NCBI RefSeq assembly: GCF_023055435.1
Contig: NW_025963890.1
Coordinates: 25,048,001 to 25,112,000, forward strand
Source of the DNA: Haliotis rufescens
Lineage: Eukaryota
Reading direction: 5' to 3'
DNA length: 64,000 nucleotides
The stretch's first letter is position 1. Each line of letters starts with the position of its first letter. This document shows, one piece after another, positions 40,560 to 52,269 of the stretch. Position numbers and translations under genes: made by a program. The notes beneath the pieces are model-generated. The model worked only from the letters and a program-made list of their open reading frames with translations, had not been told where the DNA came from and did no database searches.

Positions 40560-40651
40560 TGGGTGCATTTTAAAATTCTGTTCTCGGGGAAGCGGGAGTT
40601 CTCTGTTGAGGGGGAATACTTGCCCATTGCTCGACCAGACAAACACATCCG
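40560..40651 (+). CDS. CERK-like A exon 8 (frameshifted)
   Basis: 92 nt versus 91 nt in paralog B; in-frame TAA at 40571; the +1 frame reads KILFSGKREFSVEGEYLP. Confidence 0.7.
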
Positions 40652-40678
40652 GTAGGCGGCAGGCACGGGGGAACGGAG

Positions 40679-40792
40679 AGTGAGTGAGTGAGTTTGGTTT
40701 TACGCCGCTTTTAGCAATATTCCAGCAATATCACGGCGGGGGACACCAGAAATGGGCTTCACACATTGTACCCATGTCGGGAATCGAACCCG
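40679..40792 (-). mobile_element. 5'-truncated tRNA-SINE with TSD
   Basis: B box GGTTCGATTCC on the minus strand, (ACTC)n tail, flanking duplication GGGAACGGAGAGT. Confidence 0.75.
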
Positions 40793-40992
40793 GGAACGGA
40801 GAGTACCAATAAACCTGTTTTCGCATTCTTTTAAAATGATCTTTCATATATATTATAACCGATTAAACTGAAAATTTAAAGAAATTTTCCTGTCATTTGT
40901 GCTTTTAATTTATTCAAATTTATATTTTTCTGTCTGATATGCATCTGTTCAGTTCCTAATCAATAGCTTAAATGTGTACTCTGTTGTACCAG

Positions 40993-41030
40993 CGCTGCTG
41001 AAGACATTGCGAGGAACACTGACACAGAAG
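40993..41030 (+). CDS. CERK-like A exon 9
   Basis: 38-nt exon AAEDIARNTDTE, homologous to 60963-61000. Confidence 0.7.
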
Positions 41031-41143
41031 GTGAATATAAGGCAGAAAGCTGGATTATGAGACCTGTTATCAGTTTCCGTTTCTTTGTATCGTCACCGGT
41101 GCAATTACTTAATTTAAATTATCCCATCTCTCCTGGGTCGCAA

Positions 41144-41407
41144 ATCAATCGAAGTTAAGATACGTCGGGCGCGGAGAGTCCTTGGAGGGGTGACCGTTTT
41201 TCCTGAGTCCCGAGAGTTTCTAGGGCTTCGGTACTGTAGCACATGCGGTGTCACCTTAGGCAAGTGCCTCTGTTCATTAAACTTCTAGCGTTTCACAGGC
41301 AGCTTGGGTTGCATACTCCCCAGGTGGGAATGAATATCGAGTGCATAGTGATCATGGACCGTGATAATATATATCAGCGCTATATAAATGAATTATTATT
41401 ATTATTG
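41144..41407 (+). mobile_element. 5S rRNA-derived SINE (SINE3-like)
   Basis: ATCAATCGAAGTTAAGATACGTCGGGCGCGGAGAGTCCTTGGAGGGGTGACCG aligns to the 5S internal control region; tail AGCGCTATATAAATG(ATT)n. Confidence 0.65.
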
Positions 41408-41812
41408 TTGTTCAAACTTGTGTGAGTGAGGTTGTGGGGCACATGTAATACTCTCGCACTATTAAGGCGGGGGTGGAGTTTGAAATAATAAATAGCACTA
41501 ACCGCAAGGTGAATCCTGAAACCCAGGTTACAAGGAGGTTGAACTGTGAATACTACAATAACCTTGGTTTAGAGATCAATACTGAAAACCCTCAGATACC
41601 AACCACCGTTAGATACTTCCTTGTGTACACCCATGATTCCGTGAATTTCACTCATTCCACGATGGATGTAATGTCAGAGGAATCTGAACACAGTCTAGGA
41701 GAGCAATGTTCTCATCATTCTAAACATTTGCAGTGAAAACTAAATATGTTGTTATGCTGTGGACGAGCGGCAGTGTAAATTCAGTTGTGGTTTTGTCTTG
41801 TGTCTTTTGTAG

Positions 41813-42006
41813 GCTGGGTCAAGTTCTCTGGCACCTTTACTGGGATCAACAGCTTCCCGGGTGGATTCTACAGGGGGGAGGGGTCGCCTGGGGGGTTACT
41901 CTGGGGTCAGGATGGCGCTGGTATGAACATGTATCTAGAGAAACAGACAAGCAAGATATCCTACCTAAAATGGATGCTGGGCATTTCTAGAAGAGAAGGC
42001 GACCTG
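41813..42006 (+). CDS. CERK-like A exon 10
   Basis: GWVKFSGTFTGINSFPGG...YLKWMLGISRREGDL. Confidence 0.85.
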
Positions 42007-42142
42007 GTAAGTTGCAGTGTCAAGAAGGAACGGTACTCACATTCAAAAGATACGATGCATAGTGGTATTGAAAATGTTAACAATGACTTGTCTCGTGTTC
42101 TGTGTAAAGGTATTGTTGCTATCGTTGGTAGTTTGTCTCCAG

Positions 42143-42342
42143 AACGTGCTGCAGTGCAATGCTGATCATATCGAGGAGCACTATGTGAGGGCGTTCAGGT
42201 TCCGTCTGACGACGTCCGACTCTGCCAGGGAGGCACATGGCGAGGCTTGCAGTCCCACTGAGGACATGAGAAGAGAACTCCAGCATTTGGTCTTTCTGGA
42301 CGGGGAGGTCCGACACATGGAAACCTTATCAATGGATGTCAG
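42143..42342 (+). CDS. CERK-like A exon 11 (DGE motif)
   Basis: HIEEHYVRAFRFRL...VFLDGEVRHMETLSMDVR. Confidence 0.8.
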
Positions 42343-42587
42343 GTATGGTGATAAATACGTACTCCAGCTGTATAAACAAAGGTGTGTCAAGTAAGTGGGA
42401 CACAGATGTCCAGTTTCTGTGGCAAAAAAAAAAAATGTTTGATCTATAAAAACTGACGATACAGGGTTTCAAGGTATAACCAGGATGTTCGTAGCAACTT
42501 CAAGACAGAATCTTTAGAAAACGTTCTTGTTCCATCACTATGGGAAGGCGTGTGTCCAATGCTAGTGTTAGAACCTTTCTGTTCCAG

Positions 42588-42636
42588 GATTCTGCGAAAT
42601 GTCACAGAATTCTTTTGTGCAAAGCCTACTGCCTAG
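42588..42636 (+). CDS. CERK-like A last exon
   Basis: RILRNVTEFFCAKPTA*; phase matches the previous exon. Confidence 0.7.
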
Positions 42637-42710
42637 ATACCATTATCACGCTGAATGCAGTGAATAAGTGACACGTAAGTATTGTATGGTCTAGGCCTTG
42701 ACGACCTTAA

Positions 42711-44520
42711 GCACCGAACAATGATTGTATAGTATTGACATATACTGCAGCACCGAACAATGATTGTAAAGTATTGACATATACTGCAGCACCGAACAAT
42801 GATTGTAAAGTATTGACATATACTGCAGCACCGAACAATGATTGTATAGTATTGACATATACTGCAGCACCGAACAATGATTGTATAGTATTGACATAAA
42901 CTGCAGCATCGACCAATGATTGTAAAGTATTGACATATACTGCAGCACAGAACAATGATTGTATAGTATTGACATATACTGCAACACCGAACAATGATTG
43001 TATAGTATTGACATATACTGCAGCACCGAACAATGATTGTACAGTTTTGACATATACTGCAGCACCGAACAATGATTGTACAATATTGACATATACTGCA
43101 GCACCAAACAATGATTGTAAAGTATTGACATATACTGCAGCACCGAACAATGATTGTATAGTATTGACATATACTGCAGCACCGAAGAGTGATTGTAAAG
43201 AATTGACATATACTGCAGCACCGAACAGTGATTGTATAGTATTGACATATACTGCAGCACCGAACAATGATTGTATAGTATTGATATATACTGCAGCACC
43301 GAACAGTGATTGTTCAGTATTGACATATACTGCAGAACCGAACAATGATTGTAAAGTATTAACATATATTGCAGCATCGTACAATGATGGTACAGTATTG
43401 ACATATACTGCAGCACAGAACAATGATTGTAAAGTATTGACATATACTGCAGCACCGAACAATGATTGTACAGTTTTGACATATACTGCAGCACCGAACA
43501 ATGATTGTACAGTTTTGACATATACTGCAGAACCGAACAATGATTGTAAAGTATTAACATATATTGCAGCATCGTACAGTGATGGTACAGTATTGACATA
43601 TACTGCAGCACCGAACAATGATTGTATAGTATTGACATATACTGCAGCACCGAACGAAAATTGTAAATATTTACATATACTGCAGCACCGAACAATGATT
43701 GTATAGTATTGACATATACTGCAGCACCGAACAATGATTGTACAGTATTGACATATACTGCAGCAACGAACAATGATTGTACAGTATTGATATATACTGC
43801 AGCACCGAACAATGATTGTTTAGTATTGATATATACTGCAGCACCGATAAATGATTGTACAGTATTGACATATACTGCAGCACCGAACAATGATTGTATA
43901 GTATTGACATATACTGCAGCACCGAACAATGATTGTAAAGTATTTACATATACTGCAGCACCGAACAATGACTGTATAGTATTGACATATACTGCAGCAC
44001 CGAACAATGATTGTACAGTATTGACAGATACTGCAGCACCGAACAGTGATTGTAAAGTATTGACATATACTGCAGCACCGAACAATGATTATACAGTATT
44101 GACATATACTGCAGCACCGAACAGTGATTGTATAGTATTGACATATACTGCAGCACCGAACAATGATTGTACAGTATTGACATATACTGCAGCACCGAAC
44201 AATGATTGTAAAGTATTGACATATACTGCAGCACCGAACAATTATTGTACAGTATTGACATATACTGCAGCACCGAACAATGATTGTATAGTATTGACAT
44301 ATACTGCAGCACCGAACAATGATTGTATAGTATTGACATATACTGCAGCACCGAACAATGACTGTACAGTAGTGACATATACTGCAGCACCGAACAGTGA
44401 TTGTAAAGTATTGACATATACTGCAGCACCGAACAGTGATTGTAAAGTATTGACATATACTGCAGCACCGACCAATAATTGTAAAGTATTGACATATACT
44501 GCAGCACCGAACAATGATTG
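42711..44520 (+). repeat. 39-bp satellite, about 46 copies
   Basis: GCACCGAACAATGATTGTATAGTATTGACATATACTGCA. Confidence 0.97.
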
Positions 44521-44522
44521 TT

Positions 44523-44534
44523 CTCATAGACGGA

Positions 44535-44594
<60 letters not shown>

Positions 44595-44642
44595 CATGAC
44601 ATCTCTTGTTTGACAGAAGTCATGCGCCACTCATAGACGGAG

Positions 44643-44673
<31 letters not shown>

Positions 44674-44717
44674 ACATCTCTTGTTTGACAGAAGTCATGC
44701 GCCACTCATAGACGGAG

Positions 44718-44808
<91 letters not shown>

Positions 44809-44828
44809 ACATTTCTTGTTTGACAGAG
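44523..44828 (+). repeat. Triplicated unit containing (CA)n microsatellites
   Basis: CTCATAGACGGAGA-(CA)n-TGACATCTCTTGTTTGACAGA x3. Confidence 0.9.
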
Positions 44829-45442
44829 GTACGAGACATTATGTTGAGTGTCATTGTTGTGTTCGTGTATTATTTTCGTAAATATTCCTAAGTAATAGAG
44901 ATGTGTAAAGTCCAAATTACATTCCAGGTTTCTGACGACGAAAGGGGCATTACATGCTGTGCCTGGACCTATGTATGATATCATCCCTGTAGGCTCACAA
45001 TGATCCATCGCTTCAAGATCAACAGACATGCGAGAGTGGATGAATCTGTAAGAAAACATGAACAACATATTGCAGAAGAACATCATTAATGTTTTGAACG
45101 TGATATCAGTTTGTGTTTGAACAAGTGTGGTACATGCTTCTGTTACGGAATTGAGATCTACTTATTCTTTCCTGCATGTGTGTTTCTGTACTCTGTTTCA
45201 GGAACGGCCCTTCCCACGAGGAATGTGACAAAGCAATAGTCAGCCAGCAAAATAATTTGTGATAGATAGAGATAGAGAGACAGATAGAGAGAGATTTATC
45301 ATAAAAAAATGTCTTCCTAATTTTTTAAGAACGCCATCATTTGTCTGTTTAAAGAGTAATGTGTATATTCAAGGCCCTTATCGTCACCTTATCTTCATCA
45401 TTGTATCTTCCAAATAGTCCAGCGGATTATGCCATATTATTC

Positions 45443-47841
45443 AAAATTCGTGCACTTTGTGGTAAAAGCATGAAATTTGGCATCAATATACATAATACCA
45501 ATACGGCTAAATTTAGATATAGTGCCATCGTTGACTTGACCTCATGCGACCTTGGCGGCTATTCTTTGCAACTAAAATAGCTGGAGCCATAATATTGGTG
45601 TGTAAATAAATGTGTTTTATCTCCAAGTAAGTTGAAAACCTCGTTGAGTGTGTTAACCCTTGATAATTGGAAATATTCCTAATAATATGGCATCAACGCG
45701 TATGGCGGGCGACTCTCCTATCGGTCACTGAAGAAGTATAACCCATCCAAGATAAGCATATTGGGAGTGTTTGTTAAATTGTCTCCGCTGTTAAGGGTTA
45801 AAAATACCTAATACTCATATCTCAAGACGAAAAAGTTTTCAATTGCAGTTTATTGGTTACACATACATATACCAGCAACATCCATCACTCTTGCACAGTG
45901 CAGTACAGCTTAATGCTGCTTTCACGCACTTGCAGTTTGCTCACAACCTTTTGTGCAGCCACATCGCAGTAGTTCTCTGCACACTGTGCTGGCCTGTGGG
46001 AGGCTGCTCCAAATGACTTCCCATGTTCCTCTATCAGTTCTTGTCCAACCCCATCCTTCTGGTCGTGGTATGTCAACCACTGGTCTAAGAACCTGGCTCC
46101 AAAAATGCCCAGCCTGGTAAGCTACTCTTCTCACGTGGTGTAGAAGGGCATATTGTGTTGGTGAAATGTTGTTCACATCTCTTCCTTTGTGTGCAAAGAG
46201 ATCCACTCTTGCCTCGTTCACATGACACTTCAAGCTGGTTTTGTCATTTGTAGAACAAAAGCTCTCTCTACAGTGTCCATAGACCTATCGACATCTGTCA
46301 GTTGTGGCTGGTTCATTAGTGCAGCAAACTCATTAGTGACCTCATGGTACATATTCCATATGCCCCACGCTTCTTTCTTTCCCCTTTCGGCGATGCAGGA
46401 GACAGTGTCAAATCCTGTCAAGGCAAAGTGACATGGGAAGTGCGAGACTTTTGTCTGGTCTAATTGCTAAAGCGATGTCATGTGCCGGAATCAGTCAGAA
46501 GCGTTTGCCTGTTCCAAAGGCCATCCACAAAGCAGTAAGTAGCATTCTTAGCTGTACAGCAAGCACAACAGCATCACTGTCCACTGTACGGATGAGAATC
46601 TTGTACTGTTTAGCTGCATCAGCGACATGGACCATAATTCGGCTGTCTGCTTCCTCGTGTGTGCAAGGCGCTAGTCCTTCTGTTGTTCTAGGCAGTTGAC
46701 AGACAACATCCTCGTGCAGTGTGCTAATGACTTGCTTGTCGGTTTGGATAGTGTTGGCTTCTGTGCTGAGAAACACGAATGGTTCTTTCTTATTGTCAGC
46801 AAGTTTCAAGTAGTCTCCCAAAAAGTATCCCAGTTTTTTTAGATTGGATTGTTTGGCTGTACTCGACGGCGCCCTCCTTTACCTCTCTTAGCTCGTGTTT
46901 GTTCTTTCAAAGAGTTTGACCTATATTCATCCCAAACAATATCTATTCGTTGGCACTTGGTATGGTAGAAAGACATCCTGAGAATACTCTTTGAAAGTCT
47001 TTGTTGAACCTGGCTTCAACATGTGAACTATTGCTGGCCCATCTATCACTACAACCTTTGTACCTGTATTTATCTCATCTTGCTTCAGCAAAACATCTTC
47101 CAGGCATTAAACTATGTCAGATTTAGTGCCAAGCCTGAGTTTGCCCCTGTCTGAAAGGGATGGTGGGCATACCTGATCCTTTTATTATTATCATTATTAT
47201 TATTATTATTATTTATTGGGTCGTCTATAGATTTTGACCTTCCTACAAGACGCTCTTTCACAAATGCAGTGTATTGTTCACATCCAAGCCTTTCAAGCAT
47301 GTCAGGTGTCTTCTGTGCATCATCAAATGAAACTTCAAAGTCATTGATGAGACGTGCCATCTCAGGTCCACTGACCATCCATCTCTGGAGAGTAGCTCGA
47401 TTCTCAGTCACCCCAACAGCTCCACCATCATCTTTTACCACAGCATGATTCTGCTCATGTGCTTGATCAATAGCAATTCTTGAGTAAGCATGAGTTGTCT
47501 TGTTCACTTTGAACTGTCCATTCAAGAACTGAGCATAGATATTTGGGTGCAGCTTTTACGGAGGTGGACTAATATCCATCGTGCATAGTGGTAGTGATCA
47601 AGAGAGAAAACAAGCTTGGTCAGAGAATCGACATACAGATGGAAGTTGCCAGTACGAATAGATCGCACAAACACAAGCATGGTGAGTTGTAGTTCAAGGA
47701 CCATGAACCAGAACTTGAACGTCGGATGACACTCCTGTTGCACAATACACCAGACTTCAAGGCACTGTATCTTCATTCTAATATGCTGAGATGGTTAAAA
47801 TGTGTGCTAAAGTTCGTGCTTTTACCACAATGTGCAAGATT
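45443..47841 (-). mobile_element. Degenerate unclassified DNA transposon (HEEAD / DxD / C-terminal CXC protein)
   Basis: Fragmented ORFs (HYARW, DQAHEQ, DNKKE, CTHEEADSR, DSDAVV, TGFDTVS, ELLRCGCTKGC) between about 40-bp imperfect inverted repeats (TGCACTTTGTGGTAAAAGCATGAA / TTCGTGCTTTTACCACAATGTGCA). Confidence 0.7.
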
Positions 47842-47989
47842 TACTGTGTTAAAAGGTCACTTGTCACAGTGAAATACCTTGAACAACTGATTCAAGGTTT
47901 TGTTGATCTCACCCTGTGACATTATTTCAATAACAAAAGATTTCACTATCACACAATTGCTTGAGGTTCAAAATTTATCAAACAACCCT

Positions 47990-48022
47990 CATACACGCAC
48001 ACGCACACACGCGCACACACAC

Positions 48023-48060
<38 letters not shown>

Positions 48061-48064
48061 ACAT
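47990..48064 (+). repeat. (CA)n microsatellite
   Basis: Direct observation. Confidence 0.95.
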
Positions 48065-49079
48065 GCATCCGTTAACATCACCAGTGTGGGGTAAATGTAC
48101 TCGCCCATCTTACAGAGTGTGGTTGGCAAGTATATGTACAAGTAGGAGGCAATGTTTGTTACAGTAGAGTAGATATTGTTATGCTGGAGTAGAGAAGCCT
48201 GTTATGTACACACAAGGCACGAATGCAGTTCACCATGGAGGAAGAAACCAATCGACAGCCCACCTTCCTTGATGTACTCGTACAGAAAGATAGTAACGAC
48301 AAACTCCAGACCACTGTGTATCGGAAACCTACCCACACAGATCAATACATACACTATGCCTCCAACCATCCACCTCAAGTCAAGAAAGGAATTGTTTCAA
48401 CCCCAGCAAGACGAGCTCAAAACATCTGTTCCACGAAGCAACATCTAACTACTGAACTAAACCAGCTCAAACAAGTATTTACACAGTATAACCTCTATCC
48501 TGAGCAACTAGTACAACAGACGATACAGAACATCACCAAGAAATCTCGGAAATCCCCCTGTCAACAGTCTGCGCCCTTTGTAATCAGCCTCCCTTACTTT
48601 GGAACAGTAAGCCACAAAATCCAGAGACTCTTAAAGAAACAGGCCAACATTGATGTAATTTTCAAGAGAGGTCATACCATTCAGAACAATTAAAGCCACA
48701 TGGAAACCATCATCGAGCCACAAGCTAGAACCACCAGGAGCAGTGTACCACATTCCATGCAACTGTGGACAAGCTTACATAGGAGAAACATCTAGGCCCC
48801 TCAAAACCCGAATAAAAGAACATCAAAGTTCAGTCTCCAAATATGACTCTAAATCAGCTCTACCAGACCACATCCGTGACAACCCAAGCCACAGCATTCA
48901 GTGGGAGAGAGTCACAGCCCTCAACACCAACCTCAAAGACAAAAATATATATACCGTGTAATATACAATGACAGAAATATATAATATGTGTAGCATACAC
49001 TGAACGAATATATAAATGTAATGAATAAGTTCAATGAGAGAGTTGACATGATCCACACATATACTACATTGTATATGTA

Positions 49080-50374
49080 CGAGGGCTGGCTGAAAAGTTC
49101 TAAGCCTAAGTGGGATATCTCAATCGGATTGAAACAAACTTTTACCACCAACAAGTACAATCATTTAATGAATCATAGACATAAGAACTGAAACTGTAGT
49201 GTTATTATTGTCTTTGTACCAGACCATCTTGTGAACCTACCCATTGAAATCACCAGAAATGGACAAAACTGGCTATAGGGCAGTCATCAAGTACCTGCAA
49301 CTGAAAGGGCTAACTCCAACACAGATACATGCTGACATGGTCTCCACTTTAGGGGATGATGCCCCTTCCTTTTCCACTGTAAAGAAGTGGGCTGCGGAAT
49401 TCAAGCGTGACAGAGAGAGCCTTGACGATGACCCGCGTCCAGGAAGGCCTTCAACAGCAACCATTCTGGAAAACATTACCCGGGTGCATGACATGGTGAT
49501 GGCTGATCAACGATTGACCACTCGACATATTGCCAGTGGTGTGGGCATCCCTCGTGAGAGGGTTGAGCACATTATCACCAACGAGTTGGGAATGACAAAA
49601 GTTTCTGCAAGATGGGTGCCAAAACTCTTGACAGCGGATCAGAAACGTGTCAGATTCCTGACGTCCCGTGACAATTTATGCCGTTTTGAAGCAGATCCCG
49701 ATGATTTTTTGGCCCGATTTGTAACCATGGATGAGACCTGGATTCATCACTTTCAACCAGAAACCAAAATTCAGTCTTAACAATGGAAGCATCCGGAATC
49801 ACCAGCCCCCCAAAAAGCCAGGTCGGTTCCTTCTGCTGGAAAGGTGATGGCTTCAGTCTTTTTAGTTTCCAGGGGTATTCTGCTGATTGACTATCTTGAA
49901 AAAGGCCAGACTATCAATGGAAGATATTATGCTGACCTACTGAGACAGTTGCGTGAAGCTATCAAAGCTAAGCGACGGGGAATGCTCACTAAAGGAGTCC
50001 TGTTCCACCAAGACAATGCTCCTGTTCACAAATCGGTGGTTGCCATGTCAGCGATCCATGATTGTGGCTTCGAACTCATTGACCATCCCCCTTATTCACC
50101 CGATTTGGCCCCGTCAGACTTCCACCTGTTTCCCAAAATGAAAAAGGAACTAGCCGGTCACCATTTTCCTAGTAATGATGACGTCATTTCCGCTGTGAAT
50201 GACTTTTCTAAGGACGGTTGAAGAAAATTTCTTCTTGACCGGCATCCAGGCCTTGCAGCATCGCAGGCAAAAGTGTGTAAATCTGGAAGGGGACTATGTG
50301 GATAAATAAATGAAAACCATCGTCTTGGTACGGGTCTTTCACAGTTAGGCTTAGAACTTTTCAGCCAGCCCTCG
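49080..50374 (+). mobile_element. Mariner (DD34D) transposon, full length, inactivated
   Basis: TIR CGAGGGCTGGCTGAAAAGTTCTAAGCCTAA, TA at both ends; WVPKLL, DETW, QDNA, YSPDLAPSD; in-frame TAA at 49778. Confidence 0.95.
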
Positions 50375-50608
50375 TACATACCCCCGGCGTTCCATCAACT
50401 CATCAAATGCCCCAATCAGCCATAATTCCGTTGTTTATATTACTGGCTTCATCCTTTGTTTATGTCACTGACTTCACCGATGATTGTCATCACTACCCTT
50501 GTGTACATAACAGGCTTTTCTACTCCAGTATAACAATATCTACTCTTCAGTATAAACATTGCCTCCTACTTGTATATATACTTGCCAACCACACTCTGTA
50601 TATCACTT

Positions 50609-50646
50609 GCTTGATAACGATGTTAGAACCTACACCGAAACGTCGC
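50609..50646 (+). ncRNA. Putative minimal hammerhead ribozyme motif in the Penelope 3' repeat
   Basis: TTGATAA - stem II - GAAA-CG-TC core with U3-A8 covariation; stems I and II are imperfect. Confidence 0.45.
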
Positions 50647-51411
50647 TCTTAATTGTAATAAAGAAGTTGTTTATCCATAAATTCTTATCCTTACTTAGTA
50701 CTCCAACTTCTAAATGCCTATCAAAGAAGTCTCTGTGATGATCCAGGTCAGTTTCAGAAGGCATAACGCAATGCCCTTGTGTAGTATGGGAAATATCAAG
50801 TCTAAGGGGAACTTATCTGTTATTTATCGAGGCGTATAGAGAGATACTTTTGATTAATTACTCTATCTCTATCTTTAAATTAACGATGAAGCAAAAACTA
50901 CAACCCCGATTGTGACTCAAATGAAGTCATCTCAGTCAGGTGCGCTCCATTCAACATGCGCCAATAACTATCTTCAGTCGCGAAACCATCTTTACAGTGC
51001 GTTTGTTGTCACCTGGTATTAAAACTTCATACCTACATTGTTAATTGATAAGAAGTTCCCTTAATTTAGTATATCATCATGTGCTGATTTCAGTCTTTGT
51101 GTTGGTTACTTTTCTTTTGCTCGTCAGTTAATGTTTTTGCAATAAACTATATTTTTTCTATATATATTTATATATGTTTATGTTGTACTTTGTTTTCCAA
51201 GTAAGGTTAAATGGTGCTCAATGGGCATTTCAAATCGCAGTCAACAACTGGTTCAGTTATATCACAGCGGGACAAAAGGAGATTATTTACTGAATAAGTG
51301 TTACGGCCATACTGTCTTTCATGCCCATGTCTCTACGTGAAAGATTATGGCTTTGCTCGAGAAATACTTTCACCCCACTTTCTACCGACAGGTAGCCATT
51401 AACTGTAACCA

Positions 51412-51412
<1 letters not shown>

Positions 51413-51461
<49 letters not shown>

Positions 51462-51470
51462 GTGTGTGTG
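51413..51470 (+). repeat. (GT)n microsatellite
   Basis: Direct observation. Confidence 0.95.
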
Positions 51471-52103
51471 TTTTGATGTATGCGTTGTATATAAATGGAA
51501 ATCGTTTACCGCAGAAAAACAACTGCATGTTATGTTCGCTGTTTTAAGGAAACAGATTACACATGCGTTTGAGAGAACCAACTGTAGATTGTCTCCCACG
51601 ACACACTTTGACCGAATCGCATTCAAGCAATAGGATTACATTAAAAACAATGATTGTAGTAACCACAAATGCGTGTTTTTTTTACACATGCAACATTGAA
51701 CCATTCACACACTGGTAGTGTGTGAGTCACAGGTCGGTCGATGTATATACCCGCATAAAATCCGTCGTCTCTTATCTAGTTGTGCCCCTTTCTAGGTCAG
51801 TCACGATCGCGGGACAGGACGCTGAGTGCTTGCAAAATGTAAATGTGTCTCGATGTGTCTACATGACGATTATCACAACAAATGGTATAAAAACCTGATA
51901 TGACTAGCCTGCTCGTGACTGCCACCGTCGCCATTAAGCCCGCGCTCCTGGAAAAATCAACACCCTCCCTGTTCTTCAGCTGAGAGGACCCCGCTATAAC
52001 GCTAACCGTGTCGGCCGGTCAAGATATAGAACGGAATTCAACCGGAAGGAAACTATCAAATAGTAGAAATTCTTTCACTGACATTTGCAGTGATCAGTTC
52101 AAC

Positions 52104-52269
52104 ATGGCCTCTGTGGACACTGAAGCGAACATCTCTGTTTTCGGTACAGACACCAGAGAGATACCCCTAGGGGTACGGCTGGCGGGAGAATTTACCCTGT
52201 CGGGAAAAACTGTCCGACTTGAGCTGATCGACTCGGGTCTCACCTGGAGAGGTCAAGGTCAAAGTACAG
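52104..52269 (+). CDS. CERK-like B exon 1
   Basis: MASVDTEANISVFG...LELIDSGLTWRGQGQST, AACATGG start context, GT donor. Confidence 0.75.

Larger units (their letters stand above)
35141..42636 (+). pseudogene. CERK: Ceramide kinase-like paralog A, 5'-truncated, with a frameshift
   Basis: Exons 35141-35263, 35605-35668, 39784-39923, 40044-40118, 40231-40380, 40560-40651, 40993-41030, 41813-42006, 42143-42342, 42588-42636. Motifs NPIGG, SGGDG, GTGNG, GYGFW, DGE. An extra T gives TAA at 40571-40573, and no PH-domain exons were found upstream. Confidence 0.8.
48111..50700 (+). mobile_element. 5'-truncated Penelope-like retroelement interrupted by a mariner
   Basis: RT thumb (FLDV...TTVYRKPTHTDQY...SNHP) at 48223-48693; GIY-YIG (VYHIPCNCGQAYIGETSRPLKTRIKEH) at 48743-48940; C-terminal YIPPAF at 50375; inverted copy of the 3' UTR at the 5' end. 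Confidence 0.88.

Noticed and set aside
41144-41240. Functional 5S rRNA gene
   Set aside because: Only partial, diverged similarity with no 5S 5' end; it continues into a repeat body and tail.
42691-44854. Long ORFs (464, 344, 303, 296 aa)
   Set aside because: Artefacts of a 39-bp (multiple of 3) satellite open in several frames on both strands.
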